A stretch of 64,000 nt of DNA from an uncultured Candidatus Saccharibacteria bacterium (GCA_964610125.1 CAZSUV010000001.1:383877-447876); one strand, 5' to 3'; counted from the first letter of the stretch, positions 46,565 to 57,577 are shown. The notes: generated by a model not told the origin, from the letters alone. Numbers and translations are program-made.

Positions 46565-46701
46565 TATCCTAAGATTCGGGAATACACGGAATTTTGTCAA
46601 CCTATCTAGACTTACTCCATATAAATATAATAAAAAACACGAACCTTTACTAAACAAGCCAAGTTCACAGACCTAAAAAAGATCAAAACAACAGAAAACT
46701 A

Positions 46702-47135
46702 TTAATATGAATTTCTCCCATACAATGAATTCATAAAGGTTTCTTTATCAGTAGAAACTAGAATATCAATACCTTGTTTATTTAACATATGTATCTTCTC
46801 TATCGGTAGAGTAAGTGACTCAAAGTAAACTCTTTCAATAGAATACTCATTATCATCACCAGCTATTCGATTCTTAGAAAAGGCACCACAATTAGTACAT
46901 TCATGCACTAACATTAATTCAAACGTTGTATTTCTTGAATATACGTTCCTTTCAGGCTTATATGTTATAGCAATAGGTTTCATCTTACCTTGGCATGTAC
47001 ATTTTCTATCACCAGGCTTAAATAAGTCTAAGTGCTTAGAATGTAAACATAATGGACAATGATTTCTATTGGAAGTACCTATTGCGTTGTTTGAGATAAT
47101 CTCACGACAATTTAGACACCTAAAGTTTGTGTCAT
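46702..47135 (-). pseudogene. RNHCP-domain protein with a frameshift near its 5' end
   Basis: Frame reads FRCLNC...NRNHCPLCLHSKHLD..PGDR..C.G.M.PI...HECT.CG..S.NRIAGDD, but the only ATG (47135, ATG ACA CAA AC TTT) is one base out of frame. Confidence 0.75.
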
Positions 47136-47345
47136 AATGTCGTGAATGATTTGTTTTGCCTTATTACAATAATTTCTCAAAGATTTGATTATATCATTAA
47201 ATATTTGTTGTATCAAAATTGGAAAGGAATTTCTATTTTTATGCTATTGATTATCAATAGGACTGAAACTAATAAATTCCTAATATTGTGTGAGGTTTAA
47301 TAAAGTGATATTATAGGATACGATAATTTGTGATATACACATTAT

Positions 47346-48716
47346 ATGGCAGATACTCACGAAGAACTACCTCAACAGGTCGATGAAGAACAATTGAAAG
47401 ATTATGCTTATATATATAGTAAAATACTCAAATTAGGGAACGAGAATGAAGCTGATAGTGCGAAAAAACAACTCACAAACATTATAAAAAACATTCCCGA
47501 CACTACAGACTCAAAAGAATACGCACATATTGAGGACAGATATAATTTTACACTAAATGCAGTATTAGGAGCTATAACAGAAGATCCAATAGATGAATCC
47601 CCAAAATCAAACCCTTCTCTTAGACGACAAAATGCAGTAGAGATATTAAACACCTCATACACCTCTTTGTTAAAAGATAATCCACAAGGTGCAGCAAAAA
47701 TCGCATATGCCCTTACCAAGAAACTTGATAATCCAAATAAGGGAACGATGAAAATGTATGATGTGAACTCAAAGGAAGAACGAGATCTTAACAATGAAAC
47801 ATCAGCTGTCTTCAGCTTCTTACGTAATATTGCTTGCAATGTTAAAAAGCAGCCTCAGGAGGTATCTGTCAATGTATTTGATGCTGTCATACGAAATTTT
47901 AAATCTATTGAAGACAGTAATGTTTTTGGGGAGGAAAGACGTATTTTAGAAACATTCTTTTATCAGGCGATAGAAGCAAAAGATTACAAATTATACAAGA
48001 ACTTCATAGATATATTCTTTAATAGGATAGAAGAACTGGATATCGATAATGCAAAGGATAATGCTATCTTGGACAATATATCAATAGTATATCTATTTAA
48101 TCAGCTATACAAACAGAATAAAGAGATAAATTCAGAGTATAGATTTGATATAAATAATATGATTTTTGAAAAAACAATCTCCATGGTAAATAACTGTAAA
48201 GATAATGGAATCAGAGGTGGTCTCATTTCTGTTTTGAGTACAGTTGTTTTAAAAAATAACGAAAACTGGGAAATCGAGCCCAATTTATTCTCACAGCAAG
48301 TAGACTTTTATATTAAAACTTTAAAAACTTTAATCGCTATCACAAATGAACAAAGAGTTCTTGTTGGAAAATCAGAACAGGATGCAACAATAAATCTCCA
48401 CATGGAAACATATAATCTTTTGTCCAGTATGCTTGGAGAATATGTCGATGGCGTAATAAGTCAAAATAAGCAATGGGTTACTTTATATAAAGAGTATCAT
48501 CCTTTATGTCAACAAGCGTTAAGAGCATACCTTAATGGTATAAACAAAGGAAATCAAGAAATTAGTGAAAACATAATAGATCAACTCGAAGATTTCTTAT
48601 CTCCAACTTTATTAGAAAATCCAAAGCATCCATTTATTAAAGAATGTTTGGAATTCTACGTTAAGTATTATTCAAAAAAGTTAGAGGAATTAAAGAAGAA
48701 AGAAGAGAAGAATTAA
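47346..48716 (+). CDS. Hypothetical alpha-helical protein (paralog of 49290..50579)
   Basis: 456-aa ORF sharing NP..RR..A..IL...Y......NP..A..I...L..K..NP...TM and a C-terminal PFI with the downstream ORF. Confidence 0.75.
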   Translation: MADTHEELPQQVDEEQLKDYAYIYSKILKLGNENEADSAKKQLTNIIKNIPDTTDSKEYAHIEDRYNFTLNAVLGAITEDPIDESPKSNPSLRRQNAVEILNTSYTSLLKDNPQGAAKIAYALTKKLDNPNKGTMKMYDVNSKEERDLNNETSAVFSFLRNIACNVKKQPQEVSVNVFDAVIRNFKSIEDSNVFGEERRILETFFYQAIEAKDYKLYKNFIDIFFNRIEELDIDNAKDNAILDNISIVYLFNQLYKQNKEINSEYRFDINNMIFEKTISMVNNCKDNGIRGGLISVLSTVVLKNNENWEIEPNLFSQQVDFYIKTLKTLIAITNEQRVLVGKSEQDATINLHMETYNLLSSMLGEYVDGVISQNKQWVTLYKEYHPLCQQALRAYLNGINKGNQEISENIIDQLEDFLSPTLLENPKHPFIKECLEFYVKYYSKKLEELKKKEEKN

Positions 48717-48724
48717 AAAATTGG

Positions 48725-49177
48725 TCACATCGTGAAGTTCCTTTTCTTCCTTGTTAGATCCTTCGTATGTTTTCTGATATGCCTAGCTATCTCATTAACA
48801 TAGTCTACAGCCTTGTATATTCTACCTCCCTTTTTGTATGGAATCTCTGTATCATCCTTAAGTAGAAGTAAATCCTTAACAAATAGCCTTTGTGCTTTCT
48901 TAAATCTATCATACAGTTCATTTCTAGAATATTTAGCATATTCCTTAGTACATCGCATATTAATAACCGCAAGAGATTCATCAATCAAAGGAAGATCCTT
49001 CTTCTTAACAAGCGCATCAACCACTCTAGAATAGTACTCATGATAGTAGACTATGTGAGCTACAATCTCTTTAGCATTCCAACCATCCTCATATACAGGC
49101 CTTAGAAGCTTTGTAGTACGTACTACATCTAAGAAAGCATTAGCAGAATCTTCAAGATTTTTTACTTCTTGTATCAT
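48725..49177 (-). CDS. DinB/ClbS-like four-helix bundle protein
   Basis: WNAKEIVAHI and H..KH C-terminal His pattern. Confidence 0.7.
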   Translation of the reverse strand: MIQEVKNLEDSANAFLDVVRTTKLLRPVYEDGWNAKEIVAHIVYYHEYYSRVVDALVKKKDLPLIDESLAVINMRCTKEYAKYSRNELYDRFKKAQRLFVKDLLLLKDDTEIPYKKGGRIYKAVDYVNEIARHIRKHTKDLTRKKRNFTM

Positions 49178-49289
49178 AGTTTGGTATTAAAATAATATCA
49201 CAGTTCCATTTCTTTGCAATTTTGTCGACCTCTTCTCAATAGCCTATTAAGTGATATACTAGGATATGTAATTTGTTTATATTCATGTT

Positions 49290-50579
49290 ATGAGTAATAC
49301 AAATTTAGATAAAACGGAACCCTTGCAGGATACCCAATTAGAAGGATGGATTAATGACTTAGGTCACACAAAAGAGCCATCATGGCATGCAATCCAATGG
49401 TTTAAATATACACTAACAAATTCCCCTGATTTCAAACCCTTGGAGAATCAAATAGACCAAGAAAGATTTGTAAATGAATATAATCTTGCGACACAAAGAG
49501 TATTAGAAGCAGCTGCTTACAACCCACAAAGCCCCGAAGAAGTAACTGATCCAGAAACCAATCCATACACCAAAAGAACCCGAGCATTAAGTCTCCTTAT
49601 GGAAGCATATCCCGTTATTGTTGAACAAAATCCAGAATTTGCGATTCAAATAACAAATTTATTAAACCAGAAGATATCCAACCCACTTGAAACGACCATG
49701 ATTTTATGTCGAGATGAAGAAACAAACCAATTTGCAAAAGAGGAAACCTATATTACATTGAAATCATTAAAGATAATCGCAGAGCAAATTCCATATCAAC
49801 CTGAATCTATAACTAGAAAGCTTTTTTCTACAATGATAGAGGCTACAAAAACAAATGATTATTTAATAATTTGTCAGTATCTTAGAGAAGGGATTTTTGA
49901 ATTCTTACATAATTCTGCATCTGAAGAGGCCCCACATATATTCAATAATCTTGTAGATATATTGATAGAAAAAATTAATACTCTTGATATTAATAAAGAA
50001 GATGAGAAAGTAATTCTTAAAGAGCTAGGCTTTTTATCCAGTGATATCTTCTCTCCACATTTGGAATTACCAAACAATCTCAAATTAAGGAATTACAAAG
50101 AAGTTTATACTGCTATAAATAAAATAATTAAAAACGAGGCACTTCCCGATGAAATACGTTCTTCATACTTACATTCATTTCATATAATAAAAGATAATTG
50201 GAATAAAGATCCTCAATTATTAAAACAAGATTTGAGTTTTCACTCAGAGATATTTAGCACATTAGTGGATATAGTTAAGAAAAATAATAAAAAGGAAAAA
50301 TCACAATTATTTGATGAAGCTTATCAACTTTTAGGTTACTACTTAGTAAGCTATGTAAAAGGAGTCGCCTCTAATGACTATAATTGGCGAAAATTTGAAA
50401 TAAAGTGCCATAAAAAAGTTGATACTAGTTTAAATGTATATTTAGCGAATATAGAAAAAGGAAATAAATATAATGAAAATATCTTATCTTTCGTTGAAGA
50501 AATTATTAGTCATGAGTTGATAGAAGATAAAAATTATCCCTTTATTGAGAAAGCGAAAAGCTTTATTGATAAATATTGA
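49290..50579 (+). CDS. Hypothetical alpha-helical protein (paralog of 47346..48716)
   Basis: 429-aa ORF with shared motifs and a similar upstream sequence. Confidence 0.75.
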   Translation: MSNTNLDKTEPLQDTQLEGWINDLGHTKEPSWHAIQWFKYTLTNSPDFKPLENQIDQERFVNEYNLATQRVLEAAAYNPQSPEEVTDPETNPYTKRTRALSLLMEAYPVIVEQNPEFAIQITNLLNQKISNPLETTMILCRDEETNQFAKEETYITLKSLKIIAEQIPYQPESITRKLFSTMIEATKTNDYLIICQYLREGIFEFLHNSASEEAPHIFNNLVDILIEKINTLDINKEDEKVILKELGFLSSDIFSPHLELPNNLKLRNYKEVYTAINKIIKNEALPDEIRSSYLHSFHIIKDNWNKDPQLLKQDLSFHSEIFSTLVDIVKKNNKKEKSQLFDEAYQLLGYYLVSYVKGVASNDYNWRKFEIKCHKKVDTSLNVYLANIEKGNKYNENILSFVEEIISHELIEDKNYPFIEKAKSFIDKY

Positions 50580-50720
50580 AAAGAGTAATCTACCTCCTCT
50601 TAATATATTCCCAATACTCCTTCAATACCTTCCTCCGAATCTAATACAATATTTTTATCATATCTTTCAATTATACTATGTAATCTTGCATCCCCATATC
50701 CCTAGCCATATAATGAATTA

Positions 50721-51785
50721 ATGCTCAAGAATATATCAAAGCTAAAAGCCATTGTATCAAAACAATATATATTCAAATACCTCCTCTCCATCCTCCTCGT
50801 AATATGTATATCCTTCATATTTGCATACACCCATTTAGATAACCTTGCACAAAAGAATACCAACAGTGATATATCCCAAACCACTCAAGAAGAAAATACT
50901 GATGATATAGACACACCCGTAGACTCAGATACCAAACTAGAAACACAAGTAAATACAGAAATACCAACAACCACAACACCCGTTACAGAAACAAAAATTG
51001 AAACACAATCCACACCACAAGGAACCACATCCAATCCAGGACCAGCACCCGATGAAACACCTATACCAGAACCTGAGAATACACCCGTAGTACCCGAATC
51101 TCCAAGTGCCATAGTCGCTTTCTATGGAGACAACCAATCAGATACCGATGATGAAGATATTAATCATCAAAGAGTAGTAACATATATCCTTAACTCAGGA
51201 GCCAATCCAGTCTTCAATGTAGGCGACATTATGGAAGATGGAACACAAACCAGTCTTAACCGATTCAATACAGTAACATCTAGCCTAAGAGCTTCAAGAA
51301 CCTTCTACAGTGCACTAGGAAACAACGATCGAATGGTCGGTGATTCAACTACACCCTCACAATTATTCTTAGACAATTTTACATTCCCAAACAATGAAAG
51401 ATGGTATTCAGTAAACTATGGTAATCTCCATATGGTTGTATTGGATAGTGCATTTGCATCAGGTAATCAAACACAATTAAATTGGTTAGCCAATGATTTA
51501 CAAAGTGCTAATTCACAAAACAGAATAACTGGGGTTATGTACCATCATCCTTCATTTGGAAGTACTATATCATCATATTTGGTAAATTATGGTGTAGATT
51601 TTGTCGTTACAGGTCATCTACACTCATACAATCATTCAGTATCTAACGGAATCCATTACTATGTATTAAGTGGACAACCAAATATTGGGTACTTGAAGGT
51701 TAAGATATATGAGGCGAGAGGGGAGATAACCTCGTATAATAGTGGAAATGGGGTTATAGAGACAGTAGAATTTAATGAGAGATAA
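50721..51785 (+). CDS. Membrane-anchored calcineurin-like metallophosphoesterase with Thr/Pro-rich linker
   Basis: TM anchor, T/P/E linker, GDNQ, GDIM, GNND, HHP, GHLH motifs. Confidence 0.85.
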   Translation: MLKNISKLKAIVSKQYIFKYLLSILLVICISFIFAYTHLDNLAQKNTNSDISQTTQEENTDDIDTPVDSDTKLETQVNTEIPTTTTPVTETKIETQSTPQGTTSNPGPAPDETPIPEPENTPVVPESPSAIVAFYGDNQSDTDDEDINHQRVVTYILNSGANPVFNVGDIMEDGTQTSLNRFNTVTSSLRASRTFYSALGNNDRMVGDSTTPSQLFLDNFTFPNNERWYSVNYGNLHMVVLDSAFASGNQTQLNWLANDLQSANSQNRITGVMYHHPSFGSTISSYLVNYGVDFVVTGHLHSYNHSVSNGIHYYVLSGQPNIGYLKVKIYEARGEITSYNSGNGVIETVEFNER

Positions 51786-52790
51786 CTATTTAATCGTATA
51801 AATCATATAGTTATAATCATCACCACTATCATTAAACAATAGATAGCTATCATTATCCTTAACTGAGGCCATAATCGTTACAGCAGTACCAGCATAATTA
51901 GAAGGAACAGTCCAAGTATATGAATTCTCACTACTCCAATCCTTTAATACAGTAAACGATCCTCCCTTAGGCAATACCTGAAATCTATACTCCATCTTGT
52001 CATTATTAGGATCCACTGCCGTTATCGTAAGTATAACAGTATCACCAGCTTTCAAACTCTTTGGTAAACCATCAGGCCATGAACCACCCTCATTAGCACC
52101 CCAAGAATTAGTATTAACATTACCCTTGTCATCTCTAGAATCAGTAATAACCGGATATATCTTGTTTTTAACATCCTTAGGATTAACCTCATATATCAAA
52201 GTAGTATAGTCATCACAATCATTAAACCTGTACTTTTTGTCAGCATCTCTTACAGAAATCTTAATATACAACCATCGACCAACAGCATTAGCAGGAACAA
52301 CAAAATTCAAAGAATTAGTAGTATCCCAATCTTTTAATACCTGAAACGTACCTCCAGGGACTTGATATTCATATCTGTAACTCAACTCTGTACCTTTTGG
52401 ATTATTTGCAACAACCGAAATCTTCAAAGTATCCTCAACCTTAATACTAGGATTCTTCCAATAGTCCATATTCCCTTGACCAAATGAGCTGTAATTAACA
52501 TTCCCAATACCATCTTTAACAGATGTAATCGTTGGGTATTCAGGAGAAATATCTTTGTTAACCTTAGAAGCATCAACAACCTCTGGATTCTCAATCCTTT
52601 GAGCATTACCAATCGGATCTAGTTTCTTTCGGTTAACAATCATATCAAATACAAAAATACCAGTTAAAAAGAAAAATATAACACAAGCAACAATATATAC
52701 TGGAATATATTTCTTTTTAACAAAATTACGGATTGAGAATCTTTTGATTGACCTAAAAAATCGTTTTACTAGCATAGAAAGCTTTTTCAT
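51786..52790 (-). CDS. Membrane-anchored protein with two tandem Ig/Y_Y_Y-like repeats
   Basis: YP.IT...D..GNVN...YR......GG.F.VLKDW...NS....VP.N..G......SV.D.D....FND..DDY....Y occurs twice. Confidence 0.7.
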   Translation of the reverse strand: MKKLSMLVKRFFRSIKRFSIRNFVKKKYIPVYIVACVIFFFLTGIFVFDMIVNRKKLDPIGNAQRIENPEVVDASKVNKDISPEYPTITSVKDGIGNVNYSSFGQGNMDYWKNPSIKVEDTLKISVVANNPKGTELSYRYEYQVPGGTFQVLKDWDTTNSLNFVVPANAVGRWLYIKISVRDADKKYRFNDCDDYTTLIYEVNPKDVKNKIYPVITDSRDDKGNVNTNSWGANEGGSWPDGLPKSLKAGDTVILTITAVDPNNDKMEYRFQVLPKGGSFTVLKDWSSENSYTWTVPSNYAGTAVTIMASVKDNDSYLLFNDSGDDYNYMIYTIK

Positions 52791-52844
52791 AGTACTCTTA
52801 ATTTAACAAATTTAAGTTAAGGATACAATGAGATATAATCGAGA

Positions 52845-53969
52845 ATGAAATATATTTTTTCGATATTCATTGCACTAATATTCTCGAGTATATTACCAAC
52901 CACTCTTCTACAAAATGAAATAGTCGAAACATCCATAACACTTGCACCACCTCCTATAGAACAAAAAATCCTCAAATATATGACCACTGAGGAGAAAGTA
53001 GGACAACTCTTTATGTTTGGAATCAATGGCACTACTTTAACATCTGAAACGCAGCAATTTCTTACTGACCATCATGTAGGGAGTGTATTACTGTATGGAA
53101 AAAATGTAATAAGTGAAGATCAAGTAAAATTATTTACTCAGAGCCTACAAACAACTAATAGAATCCCACTATTCATATCAATTGATCAAGAGGGAGGAAT
53201 TGTATCAAGATTGAAATGGAACATCACTTTAACATTTGCTCAAGAGGATATTCAGACACCAGAACAAGCATATATTGTTGCAAAAGATAGGGGAGAAATA
53301 CTTAAGAATCTAGGAATAAATATGAACTTAGCTCCAGTAGTAGAATATATCACTAACAAGAGCTCATTCATGTATTACAGAGTCTTTAGAGGCACACAAG
53401 AGGAAGTTGCACAGAAAGGGATATCATCAATACAAGGATACAAACAATCGAATGTCGTTGCAGTATTAAAACACTATCCTGGGCACAGTGATACTTCGCC
53501 CGATTCACACTTCAATCTACCAGTTGTAAATATATCTAATGATCAATGGAGTGAATATGTAAAACCATTTAGTAGAATACTTGAGCAAACAGCTGTAGAC
53601 GGAATAATGGTGGGACATGTTGAATATCCAAATATTGATAGTAATCCATCAACAATATCACCTGAGATTGTTTCAAAAAGGTTAATACATGATCTCGGAT
53701 ATACCGGATTGATCATTTCTGATGATATGGAAATGGGAGCTCTAAAGGAGATAGATACAGATGTTAATCTAGCTAAGCGAGCACTAATTGCAGGGAATGA
53801 CATTCTAATCTACAGTACTGCTAACGATTCGGGCTCATCCATACAACAAAAGGTCTATGATTACATCTTACAGGAGGTTACAAATGGGAGTATGAATATA
53901 GATGAAAAAGTATTAAAGATATTAAGAATGAAAATTCAATATGGGATATTACAGCCTGATCGTAATTGA
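52845..53969 (+). CDS. nagZ: Glycoside hydrolase family 3, beta-N-acetylhexosaminidase-like (exported)
   Basis: EKVGQLF, IDQEGG.VSR, NLAPV, KHYPGH...DSH, ISDDMEM. Confidence 0.85.
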   Translation: MKYIFSIFIALIFSSILPTTLLQNEIVETSITLAPPPIEQKILKYMTTEEKVGQLFMFGINGTTLTSETQQFLTDHHVGSVLLYGKNVISEDQVKLFTQSLQTTNRIPLFISIDQEGGIVSRLKWNITLTFAQEDIQTPEQAYIVAKDRGEILKNLGINMNLAPVVEYITNKSSFMYYRVFRGTQEEVAQKGISSIQGYKQSNVVAVLKHYPGHSDTSPDSHFNLPVVNISNDQWSEYVKPFSRILEQTAVDGIMVGHVEYPNIDSNPSTISPEIVSKRLIHDLGYTGLIISDDMEMGALKEIDTDVNLAKRALIAGNDILIYSTANDSGSSIQQKVYDYILQEVTNGSMNIDEKVLKILRMKIQYGILQPDRN

Positions 53970-54065
53970 TAGAAAGAAGAGGCAGGAATCTAATCAATTC
54001 CAACTATTTAACTAGTATATATTCTTTCTTTGGCCTTTTCAAACCTCTTGTAGAGCATATTTTCA

Positions 54066-54284
54066 CTATTCAGAAACCTCCACAACCTTCTTCCTACTCT
54101 TAAACCCTAACTTTATCTTCAGGTTACTCTGAGGAATCTTTAGATACTGAGCAAGTAGGTATATTACAGAAATATTTGCTTTACCATCCCTCGAAGGAGA
54201 TTGCGTATGTACATAGTACAAATCATTCTCAAATTTAACATCATTCTTTTTCGCATTCGCTTTGACCATTACAGTAATATTCAT
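54066..54284 (-). CDS. DUF167 (YggU-like) protein
   Basis: VKANAKK, DGKAN...LA.YL, G.KSRKK. Confidence 0.8.
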   Translation of the reverse strand: MNITVMVKANAKKNDVKFENDLYYVHTQSPSRDGKANISVIYLLAQYLKIPQSNLKIKLGFKSRKKVVEVSE

Positions 54285-54344
54285 CCCAAGAGTATATATC
54301 ATATTAAGAGAGATAGCTTGGAAAGAAGATGATATAATACCAAC

Positions 54345-55283
54345 ATGTTACAAGATATTGTAAAAATAAGAATAGAATCAGGAAAAGGTGGAGAAGGATC
54401 CAGTGCGATGTATGCTAACCGATGCTCTGGAGGTGATGGTGGTAAGGGTGGAGATGTATATCTCAAAGGCTCTATGCATACATATGATCTAAGTCGTTTT
54501 GATCCAGAGAAGACATACAAGGCTCTTAACGGACAACCTGGCCAACAAAAAGAAAGAAAAGGAGACAAAGTTGAAGATCTTACCTTACTTCTTCCATTAA
54601 CTACTGAAGTATATTTGAACAACAATCTCATTGGTAAGATAGAGAATGACGGACAGGTATTAAAAATATTGGAAGGTGGAGTAGGTGGATATGGAAATGC
54701 TACTTTGTTGAGGAATAGGGAATTGAGATCTAATGAAACAGAAAGAGCTAATCAGAAAGGTATATTTACATTTGTTCTCAAGCTTAAATCAGATGTGATA
54801 TTCATTGGATATCCTAATGCAGGGAAATCTAGTCTTCTTAATGAACTAACCAATGCTCATGTAAAGACTGCTCCATATCAATTTACTACATTGGAACCCC
54901 AGTTAGGTATTATGGATGGGCTTGTCCTTATGGACCTCCCAGGCCTCATAGAGGGTACATATGATGGCAAGGGATTAGGTACTAGTTTTGTTAAACATAC
55001 TGAGAATTGTAAATTAGTAGCTCATTTTGTAAGTTTAGAAGATGAAAATCCATATCAAAGCTATACAAGTATGAGAGAAGAGATTAGAAAGATAAGTAAG
55101 GATATGTTTGAAAAGCCTGAGATTGTTGTATTAACAAAGATAGATACTGTAAATGAATCTAAAATCGAAGAAACTAAAGCGAAATTCAAGACACATCGTA
55201 TAGATACAATTACTACTTCCATAGTGGATGAGGATTCAATTCAAAATTTTAAGAAGAAATTTAAAGAATTGTTGGCAGAATAG
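54345..55283 (+). CDS. obgE: Obg/CgtA family GTPase
   Basis: SGKGGEG, GGDGGKGGDV, GYPNAGKSS, YQFTTLEP, DLPG, TKID. Confidence 0.9.
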   Translation: MLQDIVKIRIESGKGGEGSSAMYANRCSGGDGGKGGDVYLKGSMHTYDLSRFDPEKTYKALNGQPGQQKERKGDKVEDLTLLLPLTTEVYLNNNLIGKIENDGQVLKILEGGVGGYGNATLLRNRELRSNETERANQKGIFTFVLKLKSDVIFIGYPNAGKSSLLNELTNAHVKTAPYQFTTLEPQLGIMDGLVLMDLPGLIEGTYDGKGLGTSFVKHTENCKLVAHFVSLEDENPYQSYTSMREEIRKISKDMFEKPEIVVLTKIDTVNESKIEETKAKFKTHRIDTITTSIVDEDSIQNFKKKFKELLAE

Positions 55284-55327
55284 GGTTATTGAGATGTTCA
55301 CGGCCCTATAGTATAATATCTTCCATT

Positions 55328-56080
55328 ATGTCATGTGACGTTGGAGAAAAAACAGAATTTGGTATTCCCTGTGAATTAGGTGATTTTAAGTATGATATTG
55401 ATGATACTCAACCAATCATTATCTATAATTTCTATAAATCTATCCCGTTGCCCTTAAGAGACAATATTTCGAATTTGCATATAAATACATATGCAACTAA
55501 CATTCCTTCCATCCTTCCAAACCTAGAACCACATACTTCATCCAATGTTTCACTTTCATATTTAGGAAAAAAAGAGGAGCAAAAGAGATTACAAGGGATA
55601 TTTGAAATTTCTGATATTGTACAAGAAGAAATCCCTGAGATGAGGATGAGCCATATAGATGTCATTGTTACAGAGCAGCAATATCCATATGTATATAGAC
55701 GCTTAATAATGAACAACCCAATTATCTTCACTTCAGGGGAATTTCTAATGTTTAAGAACAGTAAAGGATTATTTGGACTCGGTCATGCAAAGAAAGAGAC
55801 TGAATATCTAGCAGAAGCATCTAGAAAAGATGTCGCAAAAGGAATTGAAAAGCAAGGATACATTTTTAACTTTACAGTTCCACCTCAAGTATTTGATAAA
55901 GCATCTACAATGTTTTCCGACCTTTTTTCTCAAAAATGTCCTACTTTGAAATATCATTTCCAACAGGAGTATTCTCCAACATCAGTTGCTTATTTTTTTC
56001 GTAGAGGAATCCTAAAACATATGGTAATACTAAAAACAAAAAAAGAGTATGCAAATGAGCAATTAGTTCCTTTGCTATAA
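55328..56080 (+). CDS. Hypothetical protein
   Basis: About 250-aa ORF between obgE and hemW; ATG preceded by TATAAT. Confidence 0.6.
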   Translation: MSCDVGEKTEFGIPCELGDFKYDIDDTQPIIIYNFYKSIPLPLRDNISNLHINTYATNIPSILPNLEPHTSSNVSLSYLGKKEEQKRLQGIFEISDIVQEEIPEMRMSHIDVIVTEQQYPYVYRRLIMNNPIIFTSGEFLMFKNSKGLFGLGHAKKETEYLAEASRKDVAKGIEKQGYIFNFTVPPQVFDKASTMFSDLFSQKCPTLKYHFQQEYSPTSVAYFFRRGILKHMVILKTKKEYANEQLVPLL

Positions 56081-56086
56081 TCAAAC

Positions 56087-57151
56087 ATGATTTCTCTAAA
56101 TATCTACATCCACATTCCCTTTTGTTTTGCCAAATGCCCATACTGTGCATTCTTCTCATGTACCAACTGTGAAGATACGTATGAAGAATATTTCAAAACA
56201 TTAAACAAAGAGATTCTCACCAAGTCTAAAATATATAAAGATAGAGAAATACAAACCATCTACTTTGGTGGAGGAACACCCAACCTAGTACCATACAAAT
56301 ACATAGTGGAATGTATAGAGAATATCAAAAAGAATTTCCAATTAAGTAAAGATATAGAAATAACCATTGAACAATATCCCCAATACATAACTAAGGAATC
56401 ATTAGAAGCATACAAAGCAGTAGGAATAAATAGAATAAGTATAGGATTACAAGCGACAAAGAATGATGAGTTACAAAAACTTTCTAGAAGATATACATAT
56501 GAAGAATTCCTTGAGAAATACCAACTTGTGAAAGAAATAGGATTTAAGGACATAGGAGTAGACCTCATATTTGGATATCCAAACCATACCTTAGACCAAT
56601 GGAAACAATCTCTTAAACTTGTAGCTCAATTAGATATTCAACATATATCTTGCTACAGTCTAGAAGTAGAAGAGGGAACACCGTATGGGAAATTAAACGA
56701 AGTAGGAAAGTTAAATCTTCCTACAGAGATAGTTGATCGAGAAATGTACCATTACGCTTGTGAATATTTAAATGAAAAAGGTTTTAAACAATATGAAATA
56801 TCTAACTTTGCAAAAGAAGGATATGAATGTAAACATAATCAAAACTTCTGGCATTACCAAGACTACATTGGATTAGGAGCAGGAGCATATTCAAGAGTAA
56901 ATAATGCTAAATCACACAATCCAGAAGATATACAAACATATATACTTGGAGAATGGGATATTGAAAAAGAAACTATTACCTCAAAGGAAGAAAAACTCGA
57001 GAAACTAATGCTTGGGTTAAGGTTAAATGAAGGTATTAAATATGATGAAAAGCTATTTCAAAAGGAATACATGACTAAGGTGGGAGATAAAACGATTTTA
57101 AACACCAAAGGGAGAGATATGTACAACCAGGTTGTAGAAAAAATCATCTAA
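56087..57151 (+). CDS. hemW: Radical SAM heme chaperone HemW (HemN-like)
   Basis: YIHIPFC...C.YC.F, YFGGGTP, NRISIG.Q, DLIFG.P, HISCYSL, YEISNF, YIGLGAGA. Confidence 0.9.
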   Translation: MISLNIYIHIPFCFAKCPYCAFFSCTNCEDTYEEYFKTLNKEILTKSKIYKDREIQTIYFGGGTPNLVPYKYIVECIENIKKNFQLSKDIEITIEQYPQYITKESLEAYKAVGINRISIGLQATKNDELQKLSRRYTYEEFLEKYQLVKEIGFKDIGVDLIFGYPNHTLDQWKQSLKLVAQLDIQHISCYSLEVEEGTPYGKLNEVGKLNLPTEIVDREMYHYACEYLNEKGFKQYEISNFAKEGYECKHNQNFWHYQDYIGLGAGAYSRVNNAKSHNPEDIQTYILGEWDIEKETITSKEEKLEKLMLGLRLNEGIKYDEKLFQKEYMTKVGDKTILNTKGRDMYNQVVEKII

Positions 57152-57190
57152 AACATATATATTAATATAGTAATATTTAAATATATACCT

Positions 57191-57574
57191 ATGGACGATA
57201 ATCTTCATGAACCCCTTCCTACTGATATTCAATCAAGCACACCTCAGACATTAGAATTTACAGGATCAATTGAACAAGAGACATTTGACAACTATGCCGA
57301 TCAGCTTAACAAGGATGCAAGAGAAGCTGGTATTTCTCCAATTCAACAGATATTCTTAAATATACATGTCAATGCAATATATGGTAGCAGTATGCAAGAC
57401 ACAGGAGGCTCACTAACTGGTATATTTAAAGCCATTGTTGGTTTAACCGGAATAAAAGATCTGACTCTGGCAAATGGATCAAAGATCGTAATGGGAAATG
57501 TCTCAGATACTGGACAAACAGTGGGAGATGGATCAGCTAAACAATTTAGATTGCCACATATTATCAAAGCATAG
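57191..57574 (+). CDS. Hypothetical protein
   Basis: 127-aa ORF, co-oriented, 3 bp before the next gene. Confidence 0.55.
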   Translation: MDDNLHEPLPTDIQSSTPQTLEFTGSIEQETFDNYADQLNKDAREAGISPIQQIFLNIHVNAIYGSSMQDTGGSLTGIFKAIVGLTGIKDLTLANGSKIVMGNVSDTGQTVGDGSAKQFRLPHIIKA

Positions 57575-57577
57575 ACG

